This document shows positions 28,946 through 38,875 of a stretch of 64,000 nucleotides of DNA, piece by piece. The position numbers and the translations under genes are program-made. Each line of letters begins with the position of its first letter. Position 1 is the stretch's first letter. The notes below the pieces were generated by a model. The model ran no database searches and was not told the origin of the DNA. It saw only the letters and a list, made by a program, of their open reading frames with translations. This DNA comes from a virus (Duplodnaviria; Caudoviricetes), in IMG/VR virus record IMGVR_UViG_3300026043_000014, positions 6,588 to 70,587 of that record; one strand, written 5' to 3'.

Positions 28946-29787
28946 GGCGTCCCCGCTCCGATGTTCTGATCGAAGACCAGCGATCCGGCGATCGTGCCGT
29001 ACTGGGCGGTCGGGTAGGCGAGGAGAAATCGATCCTCATCGCTGACAGCGGAGAACTGATCTGCTGTCTGAGACGGGGGATTCAGCGCCGGATCGTTCTG
29101 CCGTACGCTCGCGAAGAAAGCGACGTCGCACGGCACCGGTAGTGGGATGTCGAGGATGTACTCGTTGGCATCTGTACGCCACTTGTACCGGAGCTCGTGC
29201 ATGTTGCCGAGGCTCGACGCCAAAGGGCGCCCCCACGGACGACCACCGTTCGGCGGTGTGTAGGGACCAAGCGTTTGATAGAGCAGCGCAGGCGACAGAG
29301 CGTCCTGAAAGATGATGCCGTCGGTGTTCGCCGGATTTCTCGTGTCTCGATGGCCCTTGACGAGGATCATCACGTGCCAGGAGATGTTGCCGTCGGGCGG
29401 ATGCCACAGTGGGCTCACGATCTCTCGACGGAACGTGACGAGACTCGGATCTTCGACGCTTCTCGCGACTCTCGCCGCGAGCTCGGCGTATTGACGGATG
29501 CCGACGAGCCGCACGCCTCGATTTTCGGGGCCTTGTTCACCAACGCCGAAGCTTGCTCTCGCCAGGAGGAAAAGGTAGCGAGCGCCGCCGATGCTTGCGC
29601 TGGGCGCCGCGGGTACGACAAGACCTGTGTAGGCGTTGGTGTTGTACGGATCGCTGCCGATGAATCCGAATTCGGGATTGGGACCGTTCGAGACGATTTC
29701 GCTACGGCCTTCGAGAAGCGTTGAACGGATCCCCGCCGACACCCCACCGGGGTAGGATTGGAGCTGGATCACGTTCTGATGGGACAT
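28942..29787 (-). CDS. 281-aa beta-rich structural protein (capsid candidate)
   Basis: Position in the coupled structural operon; no TM; alternating hydrophobic strands. Confidence 0.5.
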   Translation of the reverse strand: MSHQNVIQLQSYPGGVSAGIRSTLLEGRSEIVSNGPNPEFGFIGSDPYNTNAYTGLVVPAAPSASIGGARYLFLLARASFGVGEQGPENRGVRLVGIRQYAELAARVARSVEDPSLVTFRREIVSPLWHPPDGNISWHVMILVKGHRDTRNPANTDGIIFQDALSPALLYQTLGPYTPPNGGRPWGRPLASSLGNMHELRYKWRTDANEYILDIPLPVPCDVAFFASVRQNDPALNPPSQTADQFSAVSDEDRFLLAYPTAQYGTIAGSLVFDQNIGAGTP

Positions 29788-29793
29788 TGCAGA

Positions 29794-30396
29794 TCAGGCT
29801 TTGAGGAGTGACGCCACTTCGGGCGTTTCGATGCCGAGCTTCCGGAGCCTTGCACGGCAGTCTTCGTCGCTGAGATCGTCGATCGACTTGTCCAGGAATT
29901 GCCACCCGAGAAAGGTGATCAGGATGTTGAACGGTACACTCGTTGGTGTCTGCGTGAGGATCGCACGCACCCGAACATTGCTCTGCCTGGCGAGTGGCCA
30001 ACCTTCGGGCCACGTCGTGGCGAACACATCGACCAGATTCCCCAGATCGGTGAAGCCGTCGTTGATCGCATACTTCGGGCCGCCGAACACTTGCATGTTG
30101 ATGCCCACGCCGGTTTGCCCCGACTGCTTCAGCTGGTTGAAGTAGAGGCTCTGAAACGGGCTGCCCGGGAAGCTGTTTTGCTGGAACAGATTGAAGCTCA
30201 CGCGCTCGATCATCGTGTCCTGCGTGAGGTTGTTGTCGAAGCTCGCTTCGACGGGAGGCGCGTTCACCGTACTAGAGGAGAACTGGATCGGCACGTCGAC
30301 CACGACGGGCACGCGCGGCACTCCCACGATCATTCCGTACGCGATGCGCGGCGAGTAGATCGCGAGGTTTTTCACGTTCTGATTTTTCGGCTGCAT
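29794..30396 (-). CDS. 200-aa beta-rich structural protein (single jelly-roll candidate)
   Basis: VDVPIQF, VSFNLF, VRVRAIL, ILITFLGW strands. Confidence 0.5.
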   Translation of the reverse strand: MQPKNQNVKNLAIYSPRIAYGMIVGVPRVPVVVDVPIQFSSSTVNAPPVEASFDNNLTQDTMIERVSFNLFQQNSFPGSPFQSLYFNQLKQSGQTGVGINMQVFGGPKYAINDGFTDLGNLVDVFATTWPEGWPLARQSNVRVRAILTQTPTSVPFNILITFLGWQFLDKSIDDLSDEDCRARLRKLGIETPEVASLLKA

Positions 30397-30477
30397 CCGG
30401 GGCTTCTCCTACAAAGACGACGAGCGGCGCGGCGCTTTTCGGCCGCGCCGCTCGAGGCTGCTTCGGGGGTTTGAAGA

Positions 30478-31767
30478 TCAGGCCGACGCGGGCGCCGGGG
30501 AAAGAACCTGCGGCATGTTTTGCGCGCAGTACGCCTTCCAGCCGCCGGGCATCTCCCAGCCCTTGATCTTGATCGCGATCTTCAGGATGCCGCCCTTGAA
30601 GATCTGCCTGTCGACGTTGACGATCTGTGGCGCGTAGACGGGCACCGCGTCGAGGGTCTGCTCGAGCATGGTTGCAGTGCCTCCACCGCCGCTCGTCGCG
30701 CCGCCGACGTTCTCGTCGGGCGAAACGTTCGTACCGAATGGCTCGTTGTCGATCGTCAGGGCTTCCATCATCTGGGCCTGATGCACGGCGTCCTGGCTGT
30801 TGAAGAGCATCCCGATCGGAATGCCGCGCTCGAGAAAGCAGGGGCTCTCCACGGGGCGGTACATCTGACCGCGGCAACCGTAGCCCTGCCACCGGAGACC
30901 GCCCCAGGTGACCGGCGCGAGATCGAAATCGCGCGTCGGGTGGAAGATGCCGACGTTGGTGCCTCCCGCCACGGGGTTGTCCGTCGTGACGCTGCCCACG
31001 CGACGGAAGGAGACGGGCAGGAAGATCGTACCCGATCCCTTCGAGCGGTAGACCGCGTTCACGAGCGCCACGAACTCGATGATCGGCACCTCCGAGGTGC
31101 CGCTCGCCATCGCATCGGCGAACGAACCGAAGTAGCTCACGTCGGCGGCCAGTTCGTTCAAGACGAGCTCACGCTGCGACGTCTTCCACTGGAATTGGTA
31201 GGCGTTGATGAAGTTCCAACCGGCGCGCCACACGGGGCCACCGAACTCGAACACCGCGGGGAAGAAGTTCGGATCGTTCGCATCGGTGTTGATGTCGGGA
31301 CCGAGCGCACCCGCGGCGATATCGAAGAGTGTGAACACATCCGGCGACGGCGGCGAACTGCCGAGCGGTGCGTTCGGCGCGTTGAAGGCGTTGCCAATCG
31401 TGGAAAAGCTCATCGGCTCACAGAAGACGTGCACGCCGATCCCCTGAGCGAGGATGTCCGTCTGCAAGATGCCGTTGATGAGGAACGTCGAGTCGATGCT
31501 GGCGACGCCGGGCACGCTCGAGCTACCCGAGAGCAGGTTCACCGTCTCGCCGAACGTGGCGAGCGCTTCGCTGGCGGTCAGAGGGAGCGGGATGGTCCAC
31601 ACGACCTCCTCGACCACCGGGATGTTTCCGAAGCTGCAACGGAGACACTTCTCCGCGGCGCCAACGGTGCCGGGGGCTTCTCCGAGACCGAACGGAACGC
31701 GACGCACCTTGGCTTGGCTGTCGCCGTATCGGTGCTGGGGCTTGCTGACAATGCTGGTTCTGGCCAT
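30478..31767 (-). CDS. 429-aa major capsid protein candidate
   Basis: Strong RBS (AAGGAAAA); strongly C-ending codons; beta-strand pattern ending ILKIAIKIKGW. No HK97 hallmark recognised. Confidence 0.5.
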   Translation of the reverse strand: MARTSIVSKPQHRYGDSQAKVRRVPFGLGEAPGTVGAAEKCLRCSFGNIPVVEEVVWTIPLPLTASEALATFGETVNLLSGSSSVPGVASIDSTFLINGILQTDILAQGIGVHVFCEPMSFSTIGNAFNAPNAPLGSSPPSPDVFTLFDIAAGALGPDINTDANDPNFFPAVFEFGGPVWRAGWNFINAYQFQWKTSQRELVLNELAADVSYFGSFADAMASGTSEVPIIEFVALVNAVYRSKGSGTIFLPVSFRRVGSVTTDNPVAGGTNVGIFHPTRDFDLAPVTWGGLRWQGYGCRGQMYRPVESPCFLERGIPIGMLFNSQDAVHQAQMMEALTIDNEPFGTNVSPDENVGGATSGGGGTATMLEQTLDAVPVYAPQIVNVDRQIFKGGILKIAIKIKGWEMPGGWKAYCAQNMPQVLSPAPASA

Positions 31768-31881
31768 TTGATTTTCCTTTGTTCCCGCCGTGTCTTTGGG
31801 CCGACGCGGGGTGGGTCCTTGCAATGCCTCGACCCCGGGGCTCGAAGCCTACCGGGGCGAAGCGATGTGGGTGAATCAGAT

Positions 31882-33426
31882 TCACCCGGTGAGCGGGAAC
31901 ACCTTGTCGTCGCCTTCGTCACCGACGAAGCCGAGGAACTGGTTGCTCTCACCGATGCAACCGCATGCGGGATCCTCACCCGGCGCGGCTTGCGGTCCGG
32001 GGCCGGGGAGCGGCGGGGGCCCCGGCTCCCAATCGGCGCCGACCACACCTTCCTTCTTGTAGAGAGCTTGCTGGGCGGTCGGATAGCTCTCTTCTCCGGT
32101 ACCCCACGTGTTCTGAACCGTGGGGAAACCGTTTCCGGGGGTCCCACGGACACCCGTTGCGGCTCGGAGAGCCTCTGCCGCGTTCGGATACGACTCCGGA
32201 CCTTGGAGTGCGAACGGTCCGACGTCCCCTGCGCCCGAGAGTGCTCCGGCACCTCCGCCGCTCGAGACGGCGGTCTGCTTCGCCTCGCGATTGATCGCGG
32301 CCGAGACCTCCGCGGGGTAGAGCCGCGCGATGTAGCTCTTCCGCATCGCTGCCGCCGAAGTGTCCTTCGGCTTTAGCATCGGCATGACGACGTTGTTCCA
32401 GAGCATCTTGAAGAGGGATGCACCGGAGCCGATCGCGACTCCTTCGAGGGAACGACGCATGTAGGGGCCCTTGGAGTACATGGCCGCCACTGCGGGGAGT
32501 GCGGTCATGCCGATACCCGCCGCGACGCGCGCGATGCCCGGAGGCGAAGCGACGTTGAGCGTGTTCGCGAGCGTGCCGGCGCCGTCGGACGTGAACTTGT
32601 CCTTGGGCAGTTCACCTTCGGCGCTCGGGTTGTACGTCGCGAGGAATCGATCGAGACCATCGGCGACGACGAAGCCGAAACCACCGGAGACCAGTGAGAT
32701 CGCCAGCTCCGCGACACCCATGCCGTCACCGCTTCGACGAGCGGCGCGCATCGACGGCTCACGAGTCCGCCTCCGCCGCTTCGGCGAACGTCGGCGGCCA
32801 CGCCAACCTTTCTTGGCTGCACGAGAATGCCCGGCGCTGTCGCCGTACCATGACTCTTCTCGAGTCCGCCTGGGCGCTCGGCGTCGACGCCTACGCGGGG
32901 CTGCGGCTGCGGCTGTTCGGCGACGTCGGCGTTTCACCGGCCGCTTCTTCGCGGCCTTCCGACGTTTGCGGCGAGGCGCCTCCATTACGGTGCTCGACCG
33001 ACGCTTGCGACGGCGAGGCGCCGCTGCGCGGGCCGTTCGCCGCTTGCGCCGCTTGGGCGCCTTCTTGGTGGTTCGACGACGAGCTTCTTTCGTTCTGGGA
33101 GCAGCCATTCTTTCCTCTCGTGCCACTACGGCGCGGATACCCCGGCCGAGCGTGATGGTGCGTTTGACTTTGGTGCCTTTCGGCGAGAACTGACGAAGGC
33201 GGACGTACTGATCGGTGACGTCCACTTTGCCGTACCGGTATCCGTGAGACTTCGCCCACGCTTTGGCCTTCGTTGTCGTCCAATCACTCTTCGAGAAGAG
33301 CAATGACTGGACGGCCATAGACTTCGAAGCTTCTCGACCGATCGGGTACGCACGTTGTGCACGACTACCCGCCGCGGAAGTTCGCGGTTCACTGAGGGCA
33401 GCCAAGCGATCGTCGTAAAGGCCCAT
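31882..33426 (-). CDS. multidomain core/membrane protein with a protamine-like Arg tract
   Basis: RRRKRR/RRRRRR runs, central hydrophobic helices, repeated xREx motifs. Confidence 0.7.
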   Translation of the reverse strand: MGLYDDRLAALSEPRTSAAGSRAQRAYPIGREASKSMAVQSLLFSKSDWTTTKAKAWAKSHGYRYGKVDVTDQYVRLRQFSPKGTKVKRTITLGRGIRAVVAREERMAAPRTKEARRRTTKKAPKRRKRRTARAAAPRRRKRRSSTVMEAPRRKRRKAAKKRPVKRRRRRTAAAAAPRRRRRRAPRRTREESWYGDSAGHSRAAKKGWRGRRRSPKRRRRTREPSMRAARRSGDGMGVAELAISLVSGGFGFVVADGLDRFLATYNPSAEGELPKDKFTSDGAGTLANTLNVASPPGIARVAAGIGMTALPAVAAMYSKGPYMRRSLEGVAIGSGASLFKMLWNNVVMPMLKPKDTSAAAMRKSYIARLYPAEVSAAINREAKQTAVSSGGGAGALSGAGDVGPFALQGPESYPNAAEALRAATGVRGTPGNGFPTVQNTWGTGEESYPTAQQALYKKEGVVGADWEPGPPPLPGPGPQAAPGEDPACGCIGESNQFLGFVGDEGDDKVFPLTG

Positions 33427-33650
33427 GTCACGTCGGCTTGATAAGACTTTCCGTGCGAATTCGGCGGGTCAACGGATTACCTCCTTCGCGTCTGTACGAA
33501 GAATGGCGTGCGCTCCGCGACGCAACCGAGAAATGCGTAAAAAGTCAGCGATAGCGGCCAATTACGAGAACGAATATCCGAACAACAGCAACGGCAGTTG
33601 TTCGTCGTCGTTCTTTGTTCTAGTGCGCCGCACGTCTGCCGTACGGCGGA

Positions 33651-34301
33651 CTAGCGGATCCCAGGATAGCGCAAATCGAACGTTGTCGATGGTCCATTGA
33701 GATCGCCGCTGCCGCTCATCCCAACGAAGTCGCCTTCGCCACTCGCTTTCGCTTCTTCACCCGGTTCGACCCACCACTCTCGAGAATGCGGAGGCGTTCG
33801 TCCCACTGGCAACTTAGTGGTTCCGTCGAGACGGACCCAAGATCCGAGATCGTCTTCAAAGGCTCCGAACACGTGTGTCGGTACATCGTACGGCTCGCGA
33901 TGGCTGCTACCTACAACCTTCGTGGGGATACCGATCGACATGAGCGCTGCGAGAAGCGTCACGGTCGCATCGTCACAATCACCGCCCACGATACAGAGAC
34001 CGCCTTCGTCGAGGCAGAGCGTCTGATTCGGAGTCGCGATGAATTCACCCATCACGGGATCGGCGATGTAGGGGACCTTGGCCCGGAAAGCGTCGAGCAG
34101 AGCTTGAGCTTTTTCCCGTCTCCCTCCGCGAGAAACTTTTTTCTCGTGTAAGACTTGTGTCGCCCACGCTCGGAGGCGCGGACTCATACGCGCTTTCCAC
34201 GCTCTCTTTGCAACTTCTTCGAGCGACAGGCGAGCACCTTTCGCTCCCGCAGGATGCGGTCGTGCATCCGTTGTCACCCCTTCGACTGGTCGATCGATCA
34301 C
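33651..34301 (-). CDS. transglutaminase-like cysteine protease
   Basis: GGDCDD (Cys), PTHVF (His), WVRLDGT (Asp). Confidence 0.85.
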   Translation of the reverse strand: MIDRPVEGVTTDARPHPAGAKGARLSLEEVAKRAWKARMSPRLRAWATQVLHEKKVSRGGRREKAQALLDAFRAKVPYIADPVMGEFIATPNQTLCLDEGGLCIVGGDCDDATVTLLAALMSIGIPTKVVGSSHREPYDVPTHVFGAFEDDLGSWVRLDGTTKLPVGRTPPHSREWWVEPGEEAKASGEGDFVGMSGSGDLNGPSTTFDLRYPGIR

Positions 34302-35236
34302 AAGTCGTTCTCCTCTTCTTTGAATACCCGTCGAATCGAATGCTTGAAGGGTGTTTCGAGGACGAGGTAGATCGCGCCGGCCACAGCACCGGCCCCGAGC
34401 AAGCCGATCCCGAGAATCCCTCCTGTGCTCAACCCCTGTTTTTGAGGCGGTGATACGGTTTCCGCAACAGGCGCGGGCGGCGGCGCGGGCGGCGGCGCGG
34501 GCGGCGGCGGCGCGGGCGGCGGCGGCGCGGGCGGCGGCGGCGCGGGCGGCGGCGCGGGCGGCGGCGCGGGCGGCGGCGCGGGCGGCGGCGCGGGCGGCGG
34601 CGCGGGCGGCGGCGCGGGTTCCAAAGTGCTGTAGTAGGCTTCGAGAGCGATGCGCGCAGCACCGAGCGCCGTCGACAGCGAATTTTGAGTGTCCAGACGC
34701 GCTTTCGTTATCGCAGCGTCATTTCCCGCTTCAATGGCGGCGCCGAGTTCTTTGTTGCTCTGCCGAGCGTCGTCAGCGGCTCCATGGGCGTTCGTGGTCG
34801 GCCAAGAAACGACAGGATTCGCGTTGCCGTCCGCTTCGCTGATCGCTGAATCGATGAGGGCCGCTACCCCATCGGCTTCGTCATGGAATTGTTGATTGCT
34901 TCGTGATGCGAGTGCGTTCACTTTCGTGCCGGCGCGATCGAGCGCGTCGTAATCGCCGAGCGCGCCTACACGTCCCGGAGTTTGACCATCCGGATGAGGA
35001 AGTGCAGCGAAGTAGCCGGGAGAAAGCCGGTCGAGTTCGCCGGAGAACCATTTGTTCGGCAGTACCAGAGTCTCCCCGACACGCAGATTTCGAAATGTTT
35101 CGAACCCATTGGGGTGGACTACGGCTTCCTTCTGCGGGTTTGCACGAACCAAGTCGCGTGCGCACTTGGGGCACCCCGCAAACCGGATCGCAATCTTTGC
35201 GGGGCTGTCTCCGGATTGGACGACGTAGGTTTGCAC
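34298..35236 (-). CDS. LysM protein with (PPPA)n linker and C-terminal TM anchor
   Basis: YVVQSGDSPAKIA...ANPQK; GLSTGGIL-TM. Confidence 0.85.
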   Translation of the reverse strand: MQTYVVQSGDSPAKIAIRFAGCPKCARDLVRANPQKEAVVHPNGFETFRNLRVGETLVLPNKWFSGELDRLSPGYFAALPHPDGQTPGRVGALGDYDALDRAGTKVNALASRSNQQFHDEADGVAALIDSAISEADGNANPVVSWPTTNAHGAADDARQSNKELGAAIEAGNDAAITKARLDTQNSLSTALGAARIALEAYYSTLEPAPPPAPPPAPPPAPPPAPPPAPPPAPPPPAPPPPAPPPPAPPPAPPPAPVAETVSPPQKQGLSTGGILGIGLLGAGAVAGAIYLVLETPFKHSIRRVFKEEENDL

Positions 35237-35269
35237 CCTTGGCAGCGTACGCGGCCTATCGGGGGGCGT

Positions 35270-35440
35270 CTAGGCTTCTCGTTGCGGCTGGTGCACTACC
35301 GGACGGCCATCGCCGCACAGCCGGATCCCTTCGGCTTCAACAGCCATTTTCACGAGAGGCGATCTCAGTAGGCCCGCGAGCTTCTTTGCGTTCTCGATGG
35401 CCTCTCGGTCGTTTTGCGCCTCCACTGCGACGCTCATCAT
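35270..35440 (-). CDS. small hypothetical protein
   Basis: MMSVAVEAQNDREAIENAKKL. Confidence 0.5.
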   Translation of the reverse strand: MMSVAVEAQNDREAIENAKKLAGLLRSPLVKMAVEAEGIRLCGDGRPVVHQPQREA

Positions 35441-35451
35441 GACGCGGTATC

Positions 35452-37020
35452 TCACCCGTTTTCTCCATCGGGCATCACGGGGGGCTCCCAAGATCTCGGC
35501 TGTAGAGGAGGCGGGGCTTGCTCGGGAGGTGGCGGGAGATCGTCGGACCTCGGGAGATCGACGGGCACCGCGACGAACCCCGGTGGCGGCTCGTACCCTT
35601 CGGTGACTTCGACGTACCCGGGCGGCAGTTGTCGTTGCTGAGTCGGAGCTTGACTCCGTGCGTTCGCCCGTTGGATCTCTTCTCGTTGGTCGGCTACCCA
35701 CTTGAGCATTTTGTCCATGTTCGCCCAGCCGGTCTCCCAACCACGGAGAGATCCCGTCTTTTTGTCGACGACGAGGCGTCCGGCGCCTGTGTCGATGATT
35801 TTGACCGGGCTCTCTTCGTCGGGTTCGTATGCCGCGGTCTCTGCTTCGCTGCTGTGCTGTTGCGGCACGAGGCTGTTCAGCTCTCGCGTAGCATCGACCG
35901 CTGTACGGACGACGCTGATCGCATCACGAAACTGTTCGGCTGCGGTCGGTTGCCGCTGTGGCGGCACGAAAGGACGATCAGCGGGAGGAAAGTACGGCCG
36001 ACGAGGCGGCTCTTCGCGAGGCGGCTGCATCGCCTGCATCATCTCCTGGTAGTCCCGAAACATATCGAACATCTGACGCATCATCGCCATCGGATCGATT
36101 TGGGGCGTCGGCGCGGGCTGAGGAGGTTGCGGGATCGGTGCCGGAGTCGGAGCCGCTTGCTGTTGCGTGCCGGGCTGCGGTTGCGGTTGCATCTGCTGGA
36201 GCAGCTGAAACATTTGCTGCATCATCGCCATGGGATCTTGAGTGGCGCCCGGCGGGGACGTCGGCATCGGGGGCATTTGCGGCGCGGGCGGCTGCTGCGC
36301 TTGAAACGAATCGCGCATCTGCTGGAGCATTTGAAATGCCTGCTGCATCATCGCCATGGGATCCGGCGAGGCACCGGAGGACGCGGTCGGCGTCTGTGGC
36401 GGAGCCTGCGGTTGCGGCGGCGCTTGCTGAGGATACTGCGGGGGGTACTGAGGTTGCGGTTGCGGCGGGTAGTAAGGAGGGGGCATCGGGTATCCTTGCT
36501 GCCCCGCGGGGCGAGTGTCGGGCATCGTGATGCGCCCGTTGCAGCGGTACTCTTTGCTTGTATGATCGGCGACCTTAACCGAATATTCGGCTTCGGCGTG
36601 CTGTCCGTGTATCGCCTTCAAGGCTTCGTAGAGCTCCGCTCCTGATCGAGGACAGTTCGTAATGAACTGAAGCAGCGGACCGCCGCCGGCCAACCGCTGA
36701 ACCTTGATCTCGAAGGTGTTCGGCGACCAGCATTGCACGGTGACGTCGTATTTCGTGAGCAAGTCGTCGGCATTGATGACGATGCCCTTCTCGCCGTCGC
36801 GCTTTCGACGAATCGTCTCTTTTAGCCGGCGATTTTCGCGAACGCTTTCGACGTCGACGGCGCCCAAGGCGCGCACGGATTCTTGATCGGTCAGAAATTC
36901 TCCGCGATCTTCGTTGAATTCCGCACCTGCCTCCGCGAGGATGTCGGCATCACCCTCCTGAGTCGGCGTCGTGGGGCCTCGGGCGTTGCTGTACCGCCCC
37001 TTTTTCTTCTTTTCGGCCAT
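35452..37020 (-). CDS. Pro/Gln/Met-rich protein with repeated DPMAMMQQ helices (scaffold-like)
   Basis: DPMAMM(Q/R)Q three times; low complexity. Confidence 0.7.
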   Translation of the reverse strand: MAEKKKKGRYSNARGPTTPTQEGDADILAEAGAEFNEDRGEFLTDQESVRALGAVDVESVRENRRLKETIRRKRDGEKGIVINADDLLTKYDVTVQCWSPNTFEIKVQRLAGGGPLLQFITNCPRSGAELYEALKAIHGQHAEAEYSVKVADHTSKEYRCNGRITMPDTRPAGQQGYPMPPPYYPPQPQPQYPPQYPQQAPPQPQAPPQTPTASSGASPDPMAMMQQAFQMLQQMRDSFQAQQPPAPQMPPMPTSPPGATQDPMAMMQQMFQLLQQMQPQPQPGTQQQAAPTPAPIPQPPQPAPTPQIDPMAMMRQMFDMFRDYQEMMQAMQPPREEPPRRPYFPPADRPFVPPQRQPTAAEQFRDAISVVRTAVDATRELNSLVPQQHSSEAETAAYEPDEESPVKIIDTGAGRLVVDKKTGSLRGWETGWANMDKMLKWVADQREEIQRANARSQAPTQQRQLPPGYVEVTEGYEPPPGFVAVPVDLPRSDDLPPPPEQAPPPLQPRSWEPPVMPDGENG

Positions 37021-37021
37021 C

Positions 37022-37489
37022 TTACGAAGAAGTCTGTCCGTTCGGAGGAGTCGGCACGGCGACCGGTCCGACGGGTGCGACGTTCGCAGGCGGTTGTTCC
37101 GGCAATTCGTCGTCGGATTCGTCATCGAATCCGTCAGAACCGTCGTCGGATTCCGCAGCGGAGAGCTCTTCGATGAAAACGTCGAGAGGCATCGCTTCTT
37201 CGATGATCAGCACAGAGCGCATGGGGATCGTCGTGCGTACGCACGGACTCTCCTTCTCGGGATCCGGATTCGGATTCGCTGCTACTGAGTACACTTCGAT
37301 CCCGGCACCTCCGAGGATCAATCGAATTACCTTCTGATCAGGAAGCCTTGGATGCGCTCGAGAGAGGAGCCACGCAATGGGGGCGGAGCCGTCCTCGGGA
37401 TAGACCGGGCTCGACAAGACCCGCGTGATGAGTGGGTACTGAGGAGGCGGTAGCTGAACGATCCGCATGTTCGGCGCGGGCATGGTCAT
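37022..37489 (-). CDS. hypothetical protein with acidic tail
   Basis: Coupled to the JAB gene. Confidence 0.6.
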   Translation of the reverse strand: MTMPAPNMRIVQLPPPQYPLITRVLSSPVYPEDGSAPIAWLLSRAHPRLPDQKVIRLILGGAGIEVYSVAANPNPDPEKESPCVRTTIPMRSVLIIEEAMPLDVFIEELSAAESDDGSDGFDDESDDELPEQPPANVAPVGPVAVPTPPNGQTSS

Positions 37490-38085
37490 AGTCGATTGTC
37501 CTCGGCGAAAGAGTAGTAGCTGCGACGTCGCGAATCACCGCCGACGATCACGTGGTCGAGAAGTTTGACTCCGGCGGCGTCGAAGGCGCGAACGAATTCG
37601 TCCGTCGTGTCGATGTCGGCCTGGCTGGGTCGAGCTTTCACGCCGCTCGGGTGCACGTGATAGATGATGCACGAGTCGGCTCCGGCAGCGATCGCGGCTT
37701 GCAGCGTCGGCAGGATCGGAGCCATGACGCTCGCGGGTTCACCTCGACCTGTTTCGGCCATCCCCTTGTAGCGGAGATGGATGTCGAACATCATCACGCC
37801 GAACACCTCGTTGACCTCGTCTCCGATCGAGGAAGCCAAGATCTTGAACGCCTTTTTCGGTTCGTTGAGCGGACCGAGCTCGTCAGCGAGAGCGTTGCAC
37901 GCGGCGAAAGCTTCAGCGTCCTTCTGAACGGTCAGGCACGGTTTGCAACGTGTGCCGGGGCTCGTTTCGATCACGACGGGCTCCGTGCCGTCTTGCGGAA
38001 CGGGCGCGAGACGATCTTCGCGCATGCCGCGCCGTGAGGGGCGACCGTAGACGCGTTCTCGCATCTTCCCGACGAGGCGATTCAC
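37486..38085 (-). CDS. RadC-like JAB/MPN domain protein
   Basis: EVFGV...HVHPSG...PSQADIDTT...LLDHVIVG. Confidence 0.9.
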   Translation of the reverse strand: MNRLVGKMRERVYGRPSRRGMREDRLAPVPQDGTEPVVIETSPGTRCKPCLTVQKDAEAFAACNALADELGPLNEPKKAFKILASSIGDEVNEVFGVMMFDIHLRYKGMAETGRGEPASVMAPILPTLQAAIAAGADSCIIYHVHPSGVKARPSQADIDTTDEFVRAFDAAGVKLLDHVIVGGDSRRRSYYSFAEDNRL

Positions 38086-38411
38086 GGAGCCGTCGCTTCC
38101 CGCGATCCGTTGGTGGCGACGACTTCTTCACCTCCGATGGAAAGCTGGTTGCGCGATACCTCGACGACCCCCAAGATTTCGGTGTCGGAGAAGATCACGC
38201 GGTGGAAGCCTCCACGCACGTAGATGTGGTTCATTTTGGCGGGCAAGACAATGTTGCCTACCGCGTACTCAGTGACATCAGGACCGACAGCATCGACGAT
38301 CGCGAACACGGTCGCGTTGTTTTGCGCCGTAGGCAGCGCGAGACCGCTTTCGGTCCGAACGACGTCGACGATGCGTCCGAGGATCTGATTCTTCTTCGGG
38401 ATGACTTTCAC
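38082..38411 (-). CDS. GroES/Cpn10-like co-chaperonin
   Basis: MKVIP...ILGRIVD...SGLALP...IVDAVGPDV...GNIVL. Confidence 0.75.
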   Translation of the reverse strand: MKVIPKKNQILGRIVDVVRTESGLALPTAQNNATVFAIVDAVGPDVTEYAVGNIVLPAKMNHIYVRGGFHRVIFSDTEILGVVEVSRNQLSIGGEEVVATNGSREATAP

Positions 38412-38875
38412 GACGTGACCTCTTCAAGTTGGGGCGTAGGCGCGACGCCAGCGGGTACAGCGATGCCGGCCTGCCGCATCACTTCGCGTAACACTTCGTT
38501 CTCGACTTGCGCCGCAGCGAGTGCCGCCATCACTTCGCTGAAGTACTCACGGCTGGGTGCGTAGTACGGTTCTGCGGGTTTGCGAGCATCGGCCGGCGCG
38601 AGCTGCCTCGCGGCGTTGAGGATCACGAGCGCGCTCATGCGAGTCTCACGATCCGGGCACTCGGCTACGCACGATTCGGTTTCGTTCATGATCCCGGGAC
38701 AGCGGCGCTCATGTCGGCAGAGGTTCAAGATCAGCTCCGCCTCTCGCGCGGCAATCGTCGCCAGTTCTCGACTCTTCCAGAGCGCGAGCTTTTGCGCGTT
38801 CCAGTCGCGCACGGGCACCGGAACCTTTTCGTCGCCGGGGATCTCGTAGCCCATCATCTTTTGCTGTGCGGTCAC
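38408..38875 (-). CDS. Cys-containing hypothetical protein
   Basis: GTGA overlap with the upstream RHH gene. Confidence 0.55.
   Translation of the reverse strand: MTAQQKMMGYEIPGDEKVPVPVRDWNAQKLALWKSRELATIAAREAELILNLCRHERRCPGIMNETESCVAECPDRETRMSALVILNAARQLAPADARKPAEPYYAPSREYFSEVMAALAAAQVENEVLREVMRQAGIAVPAGVAPTPQLEEVTS

Noticed and set aside
30819-30828. GAATGCCGCG repeat fragment
   Set aside because: 10 nt inside the capsid-candidate CDS, with no hairpin partner.
30520-32376. 618-aa plus-strand ORF (also 19254..21353, 26398..27645, 44849..45946, 47698..48954)
   Set aside because: Antisense shadows of well-supported genes in high-GC DNA.
34470-34620. GGCGGCGCG tandem repeat (also 26720-26900, 43725-43875, 60770-60880)
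   Set aside because: They encode Pro-, Gly/Thr- or Ala-rich linkers.
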